A stretch of DNA of 64,000 nt, taken from the NCBI GenBank assembly GCA_043228905.1, contig JBHGNT010000001.1, positions 31,310,001-31,374,000 of the forward strand, given 5' to 3'. Below, piece by piece: positions 1 to 13,730 of the stretch (the first letter of the stretch is position 1; each line of letters opens with the position of its first letter). The notes under the pieces were generated by a model. It ran no database searches. It was not told where the DNA came from and saw nothing but the letters and a program-made list of their open reading frames with translations. This DNA is from Azolla caroliniana. Lineage: Eukaryota; Plantae; Polypodiophyta. Made by a program: the position numbers and the translations under genes.

Positions 1-3000
1 ATGCAATCTTTACTTGTTTTCTATAATAGTAGACTCAACATACATGTATCACAAAGGTTCATTTAATGTAGAGAACTTTTCCTCAACCGTTGTCATGGAT
101 GGAAACAACACTATTTACGATGCACTTTTCATTTTTTTCTTCTCTCTTTTCTCTGCATGTATTCCCTTTTACTTTGATTTGTTGCTGATTTGGCGCCCAT
201 TACTAGTGCTGTCATTGTTTTTTGTCTTGTAGTCAATGTCCTTCAATTGTTTTTCCATCTCCTTCACATTGTTCTTGTAACGTCGTTGCACAACCGTGTG
301 ATTGTTTCGTGCATATAACTAGTATTTTCTATAAAACAAAACATTAGAAATGCATCCTCTTCCCTATATATTTCACAATATCACAATATCATAGATGAAT
401 ATTTAGACCGGACAAAAGGTCACCATCAAATATGATACAACATGAGCATCAAATTGAATTTGTTTGTTGATCAGTTGTTATGGAATGACCACTTTAACTA
501 TATGACCCATTGTCGACATTACGGATCTCATTTGTGTGATCATCACTTTTGTTGTAATTGATGCATCTCTCTTTCACTTTTGTACTCTCAAGTCATGTGA
601 AGCAAAAGACATTTAAACTATGATTGACAAACTAGTGGTTGGCAATAGTGCTTCCCCTATAAATGTTGTCACATGCATACACTACTAGATCATAAGTCTC
701 TGTACATTCGGCTAGGCCAATTTGCGATACAATCTAGAGACATGCCATTTCTTGCTACGAAACAGCCTTTAGTGTGTTTTCCGAGGATTGAAAGGAAAAG
801 GTCTAGGGTTGCTTTCAAGTTCGTCCGAGATAAAAAAAGAGAAGTTATTTTACAAATTTTAGTGTAAAAACTAGCAATCATGATTGTGAGGAATTATGGA
901 TGCTATGACTTTTTTCACTATCGATCACAATATTGTATTGTAGACCCACTCAGATGGTTTGATGGATTAATCACCTATGGTAGAACTCCTCTACAACTAG
1001 TTGCCAACGTTATATCAACTCCCTATCATATGCATCCATGTGTTCCTTGCTAACAAATCATTAGCTATTGAGTAGATTAAGTCATGTTCATATGCTTGTG
1101 CTAACACATCCACATGTAATGCCCAAATGTTTTATTTATACATAATGTTTTAGGTGATGTTAACAAGTGAATGACCAAAGGTTTCCCTACTTCAAAGTTG
1201 CATGTATCTCCCTTGTATATCTCATTGGTTCTCTCTAGAGTAAGTTCACTAGTAAGTTCCATGATTACCTTAAAGGTTAAGGGACATATTTATCAATGCT
1301 TTGTTTTGATGTAATGAACACCATCCTTCAAGATCCCCAACTTATAATAAGCATAAGCATGCACATTATGTGAATTTTGGCTTAGCGTGCAACCCACACC
1401 CCCAACCAAACAAAGAGCAACATCCTTATGCTCAAAGAAAATCCTCATCCTTATGCAACCCACTTGCCCTAGTTGGACACATGTATGTGTAGAAGAAGAG
1501 AAAAAACATTTCCCTGGATTCTATAATTTGATGTGTAGAGTGACAACAAGTCAATGTGCAAAATGATGAAAATTTAAAGCATGTATTTTAAAAAAACTAT
1601 GCTTTTGCTTTTTTCTAAATGGATTTTCTTGACCAATGACACTTTCCTAGACATCTTATTCTTGACTCTTAGACCAATGCTTTTAATTCTCGAGTTCATG
1701 GCACACGTCTTCACATAGCGAATTGGTACCATAAAACTAGTAAGGCCATGCAATTCCAGACATGAAAGGGTACTCTTTCACTTGGTGAATTTACACCCAA
1801 GCAATGTGCCCCCCTTCAATGAATTTGTACAAAAACTAGGGAAAGACAAATTTAGTTGAATCCGTCACTTAATTTAAAATATTGAAATTTTGCTTAGAGA
1901 ACAAGTTTGAGTTTGACAAAATTAAACTCTCTATAACTATGTAGAGCTAAGAGTAGTACCATGATGGGATTTAATGAATTTGGAAACTATATGGAGGAGA
2001 TATAAGCAAACTACTTGATAGAAGTATCCTAAATCCCACCTAAATTTCCTCACTCTATATGCACTCAACAATTGATACTACATGAGTGGGTATGACTATC
2101 AAATAGAACGACATGTAATTCCTTGCACAAGTAAATAAACCTAAAAAATGGGGAAGAAACAAAAATAATAATACAAGAATGTTTGAATAACATTCACATT
2201 CGTTTTCCAACGTAGGAAAACGAATGTTATGCTAGACGAACATGAATTTTACGTACTCCTTGTATAGGAGGTTTTTTGCATCTTATGGTTTGTTATGAGT
2301 TTTCATTCTCGGTTTAACCAATCATTTTGGGTTTAGGGTCATAAAGGTGGGAAATATGTTTCATGCAAAATCTCAAAGTTATTTAGAATTTGTTGATATG
2401 TGATACTTTTGACACACTCCACTTAAATTATAAGTTGATTTGGCAAAAGTTGTAGATTACATCATTGATGTAGGGTCCCTTACCTATATGGATAGAAGAA
2501 GAGCAACCATGTTTGGACTGATGTTCATCGGGTAGTATCAACTTTTTAAGCAACTACTAATACTTAATCTTTAAGGCTGAACAAGAATGGCATGTGACAG
2601 ATTTTAGAGTAGAAATTGTTTTGTCTATAAAGAGGCCAAATTTGACCTATATAATAAATCGACATAACATCTTGGGACTCCTTCCAAGTTCCTACAATGA
2701 GGAGTTACTTCAAGAGTAAAAAAATCATTAAGAAGAGTAAACTAGGCTCGGCCCTCAAGGCTTCAAAGTGAAGAGCAATAATCCACTTTATGTGTACTTC
2801 AATGATGATTTCTTTCTTTCTTTTTTTCCACGGTAAAAACACGGTTTTCCGAGCAAAAACCAAGTAGTAATCCATTTTAGAATTTATTCATGGAGCCCTC
2901 ATTTCCGTTTTACCTTGAAACTACAATTTTCTGACTCTTTGAAACATTGTTATAATGAAAGAAATATGGGAAACTGGCTATAACTTTGGGATAAAAGAAA

Positions 3001-3322
3001 CGGGAAAATAGGGGAGCCATGCCTTGAATCAAGGAAATCCATGTGGTGATTGTCGGTGAGATCTACGCAAGAGCTCGTGTCCATCCATGACCCTATATCA
3101 CAATGACTCGGTCCTAACGACACTAGCACCCATTGAACTATCCTAGTGATATATAGTTGTTGCCAAACCATTTGAGTTGGTGGTAGGCTTTTGATACTTC
3201 ATCCTTCTCCTCCTTACCTACCTCTAGTTCCTCCCAAACACTGAGCAAAAACTCTAACCTCATCCTTCTTTTGTCTCCCCCTTGTGATCGTTATCCTCCC
3301 CAGTATTATCAATTGTTTTTAT

Positions 3323-3968
3323 CATAGATTGACACGTGCGTGATATTCGTGATATTCTCCATGCGCAATATTCTCCATATTCGAGAATATGAAATGGCCC
3401 TAAGAATATTAAAAAACCATTCGTTTTGTAAAATAGATATAAAATATTTATTTATTTATTTAAATAAATTTATTTTACCAAAAAAAGAACAATTATTCAT
3501 TAATAAATTATAGTGTCAAGAGAGTTTATGAAAGTTATTTTAATTAATCAATTTTTTAAAAACGAATATTTTTATATTTACTATACAAATATGATTAGTA
3601 TAAACTTTGAATATATGATTAGTTTGAAGTACTATTTATAATGTCAAAATAAAAATATCCATAAATTTTGAGGGAATAAAAAGTGAGAAATTAATGAGCT
3701 TTTATTTTATTTATTAAAAATAAAATAAATACTTATAATTTATAAGTTATACATTTATTATAAAAATTTAATAATGACAAATCCCCAAGTCTCTCTTTTA
3801 TTATCCCTATTTATTGTTTAAGCTCCTTTTTTTTATCCTAGAAAATTAAAAAAGACAATGTTTTTTTTGTTTTTTTTAAAGTTAAACGAATACTTGACCG
3901 CCCATTCGTATTCGTTTTCGTTTTCATTTGAATGGGAAACCCGACGAATGCGAATATGTCAATCTATG
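3323..3968. mobile_element. Non-autonomous hAT-type MITE (646 bp)
   Basis: 12-bp perfect TIRs CATAGATTGACA (3323-3334) / TGTCAATCTATG (3957-3968). Perfect 8-bp TSD GTTTTTAT at 3315-3322 and 3969-3976. TATTC/GAATA subterminal motifs and an extremely AT-rich non-coding core. Confidence 0.9.
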
Positions 3969-6144
3969 GTTTTTATAGAACCTCACATCCCTATTTCTCA
4001 CTTACCCTCCCACTCTATTTTCATTATGTGTGTGGAACAATCTATCTAGGTATGGGGGCGTCACCAAAACCTCCACAATGTACTTTGCATGGTCATTGAG
4101 GCATTCATAATCATTGTTGTTACTCATCCCTCTTGAACATATTTATCATTACGGATTGGATGGGTATAATTTCAATGCTCTGTGAAGAATGCCACGTCAA
4201 TACTAAAAATTACACTTGGCGTGTCATGAAAATGGTTAAGGTTGATGTGAATCATATACCCTCAACTAGACATCAAACTATTTCACAGAATGACTTCTTG
4301 TGGGCTCGAAATTGTTGCATCGAAAGTCTTCATGACAAAATAAATTGTTGCATAAGATTGTGAATGTTGCCACAAAAGATGACCTATCTTGAACCAAACT
4401 TTTTAGATTTATTGTGGATGACGTCAAACTCTCTTCAGTAATATAATTGATCCTTGGTAGAATCGTTGTACCCTTCCAATTGTGTATTTATAGATAGAAG
4501 TTTACATCCCCAATGATGATTCTTGGAAACTTTATAGGAACTTGGGAAGATGATTCATCATATTTGGCTTCACTCATGAATGACAACTTCTAAAAAGAAG
4601 ATGCATTCACCACTAATAAAATGTATTCCATAGGAATCTTGTTAACATGTATGCTACATTTTAGAACTGCCATTACAAAATGTTCCATATATTTAACATA
4701 TGCTAAGTATTGTACGTATTTGACAAGTATTTTATGTTTCCTAAAAGAGAAATATATAATTAATAATAATTAGACCCATAAATTTCTTTTGAGGTGGAAT
4801 GATTTTTTTGTTGAGTAAAGTTTTGGGCACAATTACTTCATTAGATGAAGTTTTTTGTGTGGTGCCTATATGAATTACAGAAATAAATCACTGAAAGTTA
4901 GAACAATTGCTAGATGATATGAACCAAAGAAGTATTTAACGTATCCTACATATTCTACGCATATTTTTAAAAAATGTAGAATACTTTAAAACTTCTTACC
5001 ATATGTATCGTAATATTTTACAACTAGGGCATTTAGAAGAAATCTAGATTATTGTTGTTAGCCCTTGGAATACCCCCCGATAAATATGGAATCAACCATT
5101 GTTATTTACTCTTATTCTAATGAATGCCTATCTTATTCTAAATGGTGCTATTAAAAGGTCTTGTGATATGGTTGTTACTCAAAATTTTATAACTAGTGGA
5201 AGGAGTTTCGTTTTTTGGAAAATAAAAAAATAAAAAATAAAAAATCTCCTCAAACTACAAGGGGTACAAATTACGTGATGAGGGTATAAATTGATATTCC
5301 TCATATGGCAAGGGTACATTCGATATCACCCCTATTACAAGGGGTGCTTATAAAAAAATCCTTCCAAATTTATATAATTCACAACATAGGTGGCATACAC
5401 ATCATACTTCTAAATTATAATATAGGTGGCATAACATTGCCCCGTTATCATTCATGTGCGTGTCGGTTACTTTACATGTAATGGCTCATTTTACGAATCT
5501 ACAAGGAGTTAGCATATGTTTTCAACAAAAAATTATGAGGGAATATTGTGTGTATGATATCTACCATCTTCCCAATAATCTAGTTATTTTAAATAGCAAT
5601 ACATTGGTTATTTTAAATAACAACACATCCTATAAAACCTTCTGTGTATGTATTTTAGCAAAATATTAAAGCATTTCTATATCAAAAGAGATATGATTTG
5701 GTAAATGTCTGTGAAGATTTCACTTATAACACACTTTCAATATGGGTACTTTTGGTATAGATTTGCCAACTTGTAACTAAGGTGTAGATCCCATATTGTC
5801 AAGAATGCATGCATATGAAGAATGGTCCAAAGCTCAAAAACATTGTAGGATGGGTTGACATTGATGAATTCGAACAGAGTTAAGATTATAGAAACTTCAA
5901 ATGTGAGCATTAGTCAATGCATAATATGGCCTACATTATAAATAACATAGTATTGCTACATAGCGTGCAATGGTTACACATATATCTTTACCCCGAATCC
6001 GAGGACTAGTCAATAATATAGCATACACGACATATCACATAATAGTGCTACATAACGTGCAATGGATATAGAATAGATCTTTATTATTTAAAACAAATGT
6101 GAAATGTGAAGGTCTTGGCATATGTGAAGGACAAGGGGACATTT

Positions 6145-6530
6145 TAATAAGGGGGGACCAATATGCATGTGGGATAGACTTCAATTACCTAGAAATATGT
6201 GAAATGGGACGTGGGTGGGGAGGTGTGGGGCGTTAACATTGGCAAAGTCATCTAGCTTAAGCATTATAAAGTGACATAACTTAACCCAAAAGGACTTGTA
6301 AACATTCATGAACTCATAGCTAATGTAATGGCAGAAACATTTGAATAAAGGGGGAGCAATATGCATGTGGGATAGACTTCAATTACCTAGAAATATGTGA
6401 AATGGGACGTGGGTAGGAAGGTGTGGGGCGTTGACATTGACAAAGTCATCTAGTTTGAGCACTATAAAGTGGCATAACTTAACCAAAAGGACCTGTAAAC
6501 AATCAAGAACTAATCACTACTATAATGGCC
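6145..6530 (+). promoter_or_regulatory. Tandemly duplicated (~198 bp period) proximal promoter of the dirigent-like gene
   Basis: CAATATGCATGTGGGATAGACTTCAATTACCTAGAAATATGTGAAATGGGACGTGGGT occurs at 6159 and 6357. Each copy has TATAAA (~6265, ~6463) followed about 60 nt later by AATGGC (ATG at 6328 and 6525). Confidence 0.75.
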
Positions 6531-7067
6531 TCTTCTTCTCTCATGATCAAATACATAGCACTCTTCTTGTTAATCAATGCATTGGTGGGATCACAAGCAC
6601 AATCCCAAACCTCGCAACCCAAGCCATTCAAGCGCTCCAAACTTGAGTACTATGTTCAAGCCCATGTCGGTCCTAGTTCCCTCGCATCTTCCGACAAATT
6701 CTTGCCCCGTCTTAATGCCACAACCACTGCAAAGTTCGGGGCGGGGAATCTTTTCGCCTTCAACATCACGGAGAAGGTAGATCCAACGTCAACACACTTA
6801 GGGTTTGCTCGTGGGTACACTGTCGAGACAAGCTACTTGGCATCTCGTACCTCATCATTGGAGACAGCCACGATTGAATACGAGGATGCAAAATACAAGG
6901 GAACTTTTGTGGTAGTCGGTATTGTGGGTGCCCCCGGTGCCAATGAGTTAGCTATCGTGGGTGGCACCGGCAGCTTTAGAGGTGCCGAAGGCTATGTCAC
7001 CATCCAGCTTGCGCGCATTGCTAGCTCCACTCTGTATACCTTCTACCACAAAGCACACTTCTTCTAA
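6525..7067 (+). CDS. Dirigent-like (DIR) secreted protein, 180 aa, single exon
   Basis: Hydrophobic N-terminal signal peptide (YIALFLLINALVG). DIR motifs LGFARG and ELAIVGGTGSFRGAEGY. Intronless, as is usual for DIR genes. Confidence 0.85.
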   Translation: MASSSLMIKYIALFLLINALVGSQAQSQTSQPKPFKRSKLEYYVQAHVGPSSLASSDKFLPRLNATTTAKFGAGNLFAFNITEKVDPTSTHLGFARGYTVETSYLASRTSSLETATIEYEDAKYKGTFVVVGIVGAPGANELAIVGGTGSFRGAEGYVTIQLARIASSTLYTFYHKAHFF

Positions 7068-8499
7068 ATGTCACATATTCACATAATCTTCACCATGTCT
7101 ATTCGTTTCTAGGTCTTCTTCACCATTGACCTTCTATTCTTCTTGTGTTGATTTTCCCAAAGTGAATAAATACTGATGTATCTTAATCCGAGCCAACAAT
7201 AATGTGGAGTACCTTGCAAAGGAAATAAAGGTTTCTATGTTCAATATTTTTTCAATGAAGCATTTCATGACTTTAGGAAAGAAATATAATAGCATGCAAT
7301 ATTGTTTATAACAAGACATTTATACAAGCATAGTGTAATGATGTAATCCAATCCAAGACTCTTATAAAGGCATTGCATTTTGGTTATATCTCTCACATAG
7401 TGCATGGATACATTGCATGACCTTCACATTTGTGTTGCATTTTTTATATTAATTGTTGATATTAGAACCAACACTAATCAGTCATCTTTATAAGCGTATA
7501 CTATTAAAGCCTCCTTCATATGTTGTGGCACTCGAGTATTTAAACATGTAGAGGAAGCTTCATTCTTTCAAACTTATCAATGTACCATTTACATGTTTCC
7601 TAGTCTTGCACCATTTTGGTCTTTTGTCCCTTCAAATAAATCATTTCTCTTTATCCCCTACGATAAATCATCTATGATCATGAAGCAACTACCTTTAAAC
7701 ATGTCTTTAGCAAGGTAGTAATGCTTAAGCTATGAAGCACAATGTGTTCCCGTCATATACACATCATTAACATATATCTCATGAGGTAAAGACCAATATA
7801 TACCTCCCAATTCACCTATTTTTTAACAATTCAGGCATTAGGCTGGAGCTTAGGATTTCAATTATTATCCAATACATTAGGATGTGATACAATACAGCAA
7901 AAGAATGATAACATATTTGTTAATGAACTAGACATGTATTAAATAGGTTTACTTTCATTGGACATAGTTAATCAATGCAATGACCCTATTAGGATTGAAA
8001 TAAAAGAATTACATAGCTCAATATACTATTCAACAAATGCATCCAGTTAAAAGAAATCCTTTCTCTAACAAATTCATGAGTAATACAGTAAGGTGATTCT
8101 GTAACCTTTTAAACCTCATCAAATATGAGCGCTAAAAATGGTTCAGTGTAGGCCACTAGAATAATGGCAAACCTATTGTTGAATTAGACTACATGAATCC
8201 CTCACAACCAAGTACGAAAATCTTTAACATCAAATTTCACCTGAGTAACTATTCAGGTCCTATGACCAAATTTCATTAGCAATCCATTTAATAAAAAAAT
8301 AACACCAATCTGTTATTCCCCATAAACAAGCTATCTTTCTACAAAATACAATGCTCTTCAAAAGAGAGATTCCCCATCTGTTGTAATTTATACACACGGC
8401 ACAGCTTTCTCTATACATTTCAGATTTATTTAACAATAAATATTGCTAAACTTGCAATATACTCCATTAATCTGTACAATTCAGGTCGCAATGCTTTTA

Positions 8500-11400
8500 C
8501 TATATCACAAATGGAGCATCAAAAAGCTTTGCGGTTGCTTCAAGTTTCATCTCACCTCCACAGACTGGATCAAATGAGCACTTATAGTAACTACAAGAAA
8601 CATTAAGGTTATTCAAGCAACAACTAGATACTTTAACAAAAGCCTTGTATGTGTTGAACCTTAATAGTACAGTTTCTAACCTTGCATTCGCACAGAGAAC
8701 AATGACACTATTCTCCTCCTTTCCAAATGCTACCAATGCATGACTATGTTCTGGTAACCGAAACTGTGATAAAGACCACTCTGAGCTAAAATAACTTGGT
8801 AGCACACCTGTGTCCCAGACAGAAATACAAGACCAAATGAAATACCAAAGTATTTCACAAGGTAGTTAAAAAATATCGTTATCAAATTATCAATTCCCAA
8901 TTATCTTCCAGAAGGTGAAAGTGAGCATTCATCTAAATAATACTGGAGTGAGACACCAGAAACATAAATTGATTAATTTGAAAACAAAAAGGAAATCATA
9001 TAATCCCTCGAATCAACTACATGGACCTAATTTAAACATCCATTTGGGAATGTTCAATCTAGTCATCGATTTTTTCTCACAGCATTTCATATTTTCCTAG
9101 GTTTTTGGTGTTGGTCTAGTTATTTTCTTCGACCTTTTTCAGTATCTTATTTTTGCAACATTTATAGTTCTTTACACTATTTTATAATGGTTATTTTGTT
9201 TTATCTTAATGTTTTCAAGGGCATTGTTCCATGACTGTCACCAGCAGCTCCAATTAACTATCCCTGCCCCCTAGCAATAGTTCTGATCATTTTGGAAAAA
9301 CAAAAAGTTTTATAACCCCAGACGATGACCTTGCTCGGACTAACCAGTCAATCATTGCACGGTCAACTGTGACATACGGGACTGCCATTGCCACTTCAAT
9401 GTGAGGTTTGGGCCATTCCACCAAAAATATTTTCTCAGTCAAATATGCCATTTCCAAATCATGTTTTCTACAACATCCTGGAGATGAAATAGTAACAACA
9501 TCCTGGAGGTCAAATCATCAAACTTTGCTCTTGCATTACATTTCCTGTTCTATGCATAAAAACTGTATAGGCAAATAGATAAATAAATAAATATGACTTT
9601 CAGAAACTGAAAATCATGTGCAAAACCTCAATTGAAAGCAGAAGTCACTCTAGTGCTCAATGATAAATAAAACCAAAAAGGTCATACAATAAAAAAAAAA
9701 GCAAACCTTTCATAAAGGAGAGAGAAGAACCGGTGTTTGATTGAGAGAAGGACATGAAGGATGAACGGGCAAGCTGCAGACCATTATTGATGCTTGATGT
9801 TAGATTAGATGGTAAGCTTAGTGGAAAGCCAAAATGGCTACTACTACTTGACATTGCATTTCTGCTATGTATTGATCGGTCTTCTTTCAAGCAAAAAATA
9901 TGGATTGTCCCTTTGTCACTGGAAACTGCAAGCCAATGATTTGTACAAGAAAAGGAAATGCAGTAGATATCAGCTTGATCTGCTCCGCGACGAAGCTGGG
10001 GCAAACATAAACACATAATCAAGCAACTCTGATGGAGAAACAATGAAATAATCAGGTGGATAAACCAATAACGAAAATATGGAACCCTAATCGATAAAAC
10101 CATAATCAAATGATTTGATGGAATTTTTTGTCGAATATTAACAACAGAAAGAAATCATATATTTCTCTCAATTACAGCAAGCTCTTCAATTAGATCATAA
10201 TTCACAAATAAAGCTCCTATTTTGCCCAATTAGGGCAGGCTCACTTTCTAATTACAGAGGAATTAGGTACCATTAAACATCAATATTGAGAACACAAAGA
10301 AATGATGTAATGAAATTATGTGAAATGATTATTCAACTCCAATATTGACAAAAGAAAGAAATGAAACAATGCAAACTCCTATTTTTATCAATTAAGGCAA
10401 GCTCGCCTTCTAATTAGAGAGGAATTATGTACCATTAAACTTCAATATTGACAACAGAAAGAAATGAAACAATTTTTACCAATTAGGGCAAGCTCACCTT
10501 CTAATTAGAGAGGAATTATGTACCATTCAACTCCAATATTGAGAACATAAAGAAATGACGCAATGAATTGATGTGATGGATCATTCCATTCAAACATAAC
10601 AAGAGACAGAAATCATATCATTCTCTCAATTGCATCAGGCTCTTCTATTAGAATCATAATTCACAAATCAAGCTCCTATACATTGACAAATTGGGGAAAG
10701 CTCACTTTCTAATTAGAGATGAACTGGCTACCATTAAACTCTAATATTTAAAAACACAAAAATATGACATGCTGAAATGATGTTAATTGATCATTCCACT
10801 TTATCATTGACAAGACAAAGAAGCTAGTTTCATGGAAAATGAGACATCAGAAAGAAATGATACAATCAAACTATGTGAAATGATCATTCAAATGCATCAT
10901 TGACAAGACAAAGAAGCTAGTTTCATGGAAAAACAAGTAATGCAGAGTGCCATAGTAGTTACTACCTCTTGGATTTTACTACCATCTTTAGTTCGGAACA
11001 AGCGAATTAACGTTCCTTTTGTACTCGCTGTAGCAATGATGGATCCATTAAGACTTATTGAGATGCAAGCAATAGCTGAAGTGTGTGCCTCCAAGAAGAG
11101 GCTTTTCTTGTTGTCATAATGTGTGATTCGAACCTCTCCTCTCTTTTGACCCGGACATGCCAACACACATGAGTCCGGTGAAGGAGAGAGTGCACACATA
11201 CCTCTAGGATTAGAGAGAGTGTCAATTTGATGTAATAACCGGAGATCTGAGATTCCGTAGACACAAATCCTGTGCTCAAGGACTACCACAATTCGATCTG
11301 ACCTTAATTTGACAGCTCTGACTACACTACGGAACAAAAGCTCACCCGTGCATATTCCTTCGTGGTCATCCCACAAAACAACCTTGTTTAAAGAATATCT

Positions 11401-12004
11401 GGGAGCAACCAGAGCCACCATATTCGTGCGGTAAAGCATTTCAACAATGGTAAATCCATCAGCACCATTTGGATTTTCCTTTTGATTTGGACTTGTGTTT
11501 GATTTTCCATTTCTACTTCCACTTCCACTTCCTTCCCCAATTCCCCGTGCATTTACATTTGCATTGGCATTTGGGTTTGCGTTTACATTTGTACATGCAG
11601 TTGCAGTTGCATCTGCTTTTTCACTTCCATTTCTTCTTCCATTACCGTCACCATCAGTATTTCTCATCTTAGAACCACCAACATTTACACCATTTTGAAC
11701 AACGTTTCCCTCTTCTGTGATGCATTTCCCTAACCCAAACCCAAGCGTCAGACTTTCTTGTCGTTCAGGCGTTTTCAATTTTTTTATAATTATTCTTACC
11801 TGAAGAAGAAGGAGAAGATTCCCCGGGCGTTGAAACGAAGGGCTTTACCCATCCTGAGACATCGAACTCTCTGCGGAAGAGCTCACGTAAGGGATCAGAC
11901 TGAAAGACACGATAGCCCAAAGAAGTTCCACAGGCGATGCAGCCCTGGTCTTGATTGAAAGAGAGAGAGAACACCGAAGGAGGAGGAGTGGAGGTTGTCG
12001 CCAT
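8500..12004 (-). CDS. ATG18: Autophagy-related protein 18 (PROPPIN/WIPI WD40 beta-propeller), 5 exons
   Basis: Exons 12004-11800, 11729(or 11714)-10966, 9995-9707, 8807-8681, 8590-8500, all GT-AG and phase-consistent. Motifs [42 protein letters not shown] (PI3P-binding L/FRRG), [20 protein letters not shown]. Confidence 0.95.
10140..10885. repeat. Degenerate tandem/dispersed repeats in ATG18 intron 2
   Basis: Variants of AATTAGGGCAAGCTCAC(T/C)TTCTAATTAGAGAGGAATTA(T/G)GTACCATTAAAC recur at ~10228, ~10390, ~10481 and ~10690. Confidence 0.8.
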
Positions 12005-12710
12005 AGCTCTTCTTCTCTGGAGAGTGAATGAATGAATAGTTTACAGGTCGGCAGGAAGATAGTGAATGATTTCTGTTTTGAAATTGAAGGTAGCAGCAGC
12101 ATTCGCTGGATTTTGACGAAATTCCGGAAATGCCCCTCCCCCCCCCCCGGGCACTATTTCTCAGTATACCCCCCACTCTTCGCTTAGGGTTTATGCACAC
12201 ATTTGAACAAAAAGGTAGTCGAGTTTGTACAACAAGAAGATGTGCATCATGCGTTTTGTGTTTTGCTCTAAACAGTCAACCCCCCCCCACCCCCATCTTC
12301 TCTCCTTCAAGCACGTAACTTGTTGAGCTATCAAGCTCGACCATACTTTGTGTGTGAACGCACTTCTTAGAGAAAGTGTGGTAAAAGGCCACACTTGTCT
12401 TAAATGGATGGAAGATACCTTGTATTCATTGTTGATTCCTTCATATTTGATGGTGAGCTGTATGGTTGACATAGGACAGTTTGTAAACGCCAGGTTAGTG
12501 TTCATTTCTTCTAGATATGGGTGAGTTATATAATTACTTTGTAGCATTATAATTATACGCTTCAGCCCTCATTTTGCTAAATAGTGTAGTCAGCAAGATA
12601 TTGTGGCAGCCAAACCTAAAGCAGAGAACCATCCTGTGACTTCACTGTCCACAACCATAACCAAACACCCTTAATGCCCATCCAGGGCAGAATGGACAAG
12701 ATGGTCCATG

Positions 12711-12978
12711 AAAGGGATTGCTCACTAGCATATATTCCAAATTCCTTTCCATCAAAGTGTTAACCATGATTGGGATAAAGTCCATAAGACCAAAATGGGT
12801 ACAAAGAGGTTCACTGATAGGTTGATTTCAAGATTGCTTTCTGAAGGGATTGCTCACTAGCATATATTCCAAATTCCTTTCCATCAAAGTGTTAACCATG
12901 ATTGGGATGAAGTCCATAAGACCAAAATGGGTACAAAGAGGTTCACTGATAGGTTGATTTCAAGATTGCTTTCTGAAG
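12711..12978. repeat. Near-perfect 132-bp tandem duplication
   Basis: AAGGGATTGCTCACTAGCATATATTCC...CAAGATTGCTTTCTGAAG is repeated at ~12712 and ~12844. Confidence 0.9.
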
Positions 12979-13159
12979 TATATCCTTCAGTAGAATGGGT
13001 TTAAGAACCTTCAGTTGAATAGTTCATAAACCTGCTCTACTGAAGTATTTATTCCTGCTAGACTTAGTGAAACTCTCTGTGTTTAGTTAAATGCGAGTAG
13101 GATAAATCATTCTCAGATTCCATAACAAAGTCAATCATGGATGCAATTGCTTCCCTTGC

Positions 13160-13730
13160 TTGATATACATATATTATAGTTTTCCAAATGAACCAAGATC
13201 ATGAACATCACCTCATTAAATTTGTACTCATGCAATGTTGCTGACCACGGAGATTTGATTCACTACAAGCAATGAATTCATCAATGCCAAAATAAAGAAT
13301 GCTAAATAGGAGCTAATTTATTAGGAAATGTTCTCCCCATGTTTGATATACATATATTATAGTTTTACAAATGGACCGACATCGTGAACATCAGCAATTC
13401 TTCCATGAGGACAAGAAGCAATCAATTCAAATGCCAAAATAAATAAGGTTATATCGAAGCTAATTTATTAGGAAGTGTTCTCCCCATGTTTGATATACAT
13501 AAATTATAGTTTTACAAATGGACCAACATCATGAACATCAGCAATTCTTCCATGAGGACAAGAAGCAATCAATTCAAATGCGAAGGTAAAGAAGGTTATA
13601 TCAAGGCTAATTTATCCCGTTTGATATACAGCAATTATAGTTTTCCAAATGAACCAAGATCACGAACATCAGCTCATTAAATTTGTACTCATGCAGTGTT
13701 GCGACCACGGAAATTTGATTCACTACAAGC
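13160..13730. repeat. Four-unit ~130-180 bp tandem array downstream of NDUFA9
   Basis: TGATATACATA..TTATAGTTTT(C/A)CAAATG recurs at ~13161, ~13344, ~13491 and ~13622. Units 1/4 and 2/3 share different tails. Confidence 0.85.
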
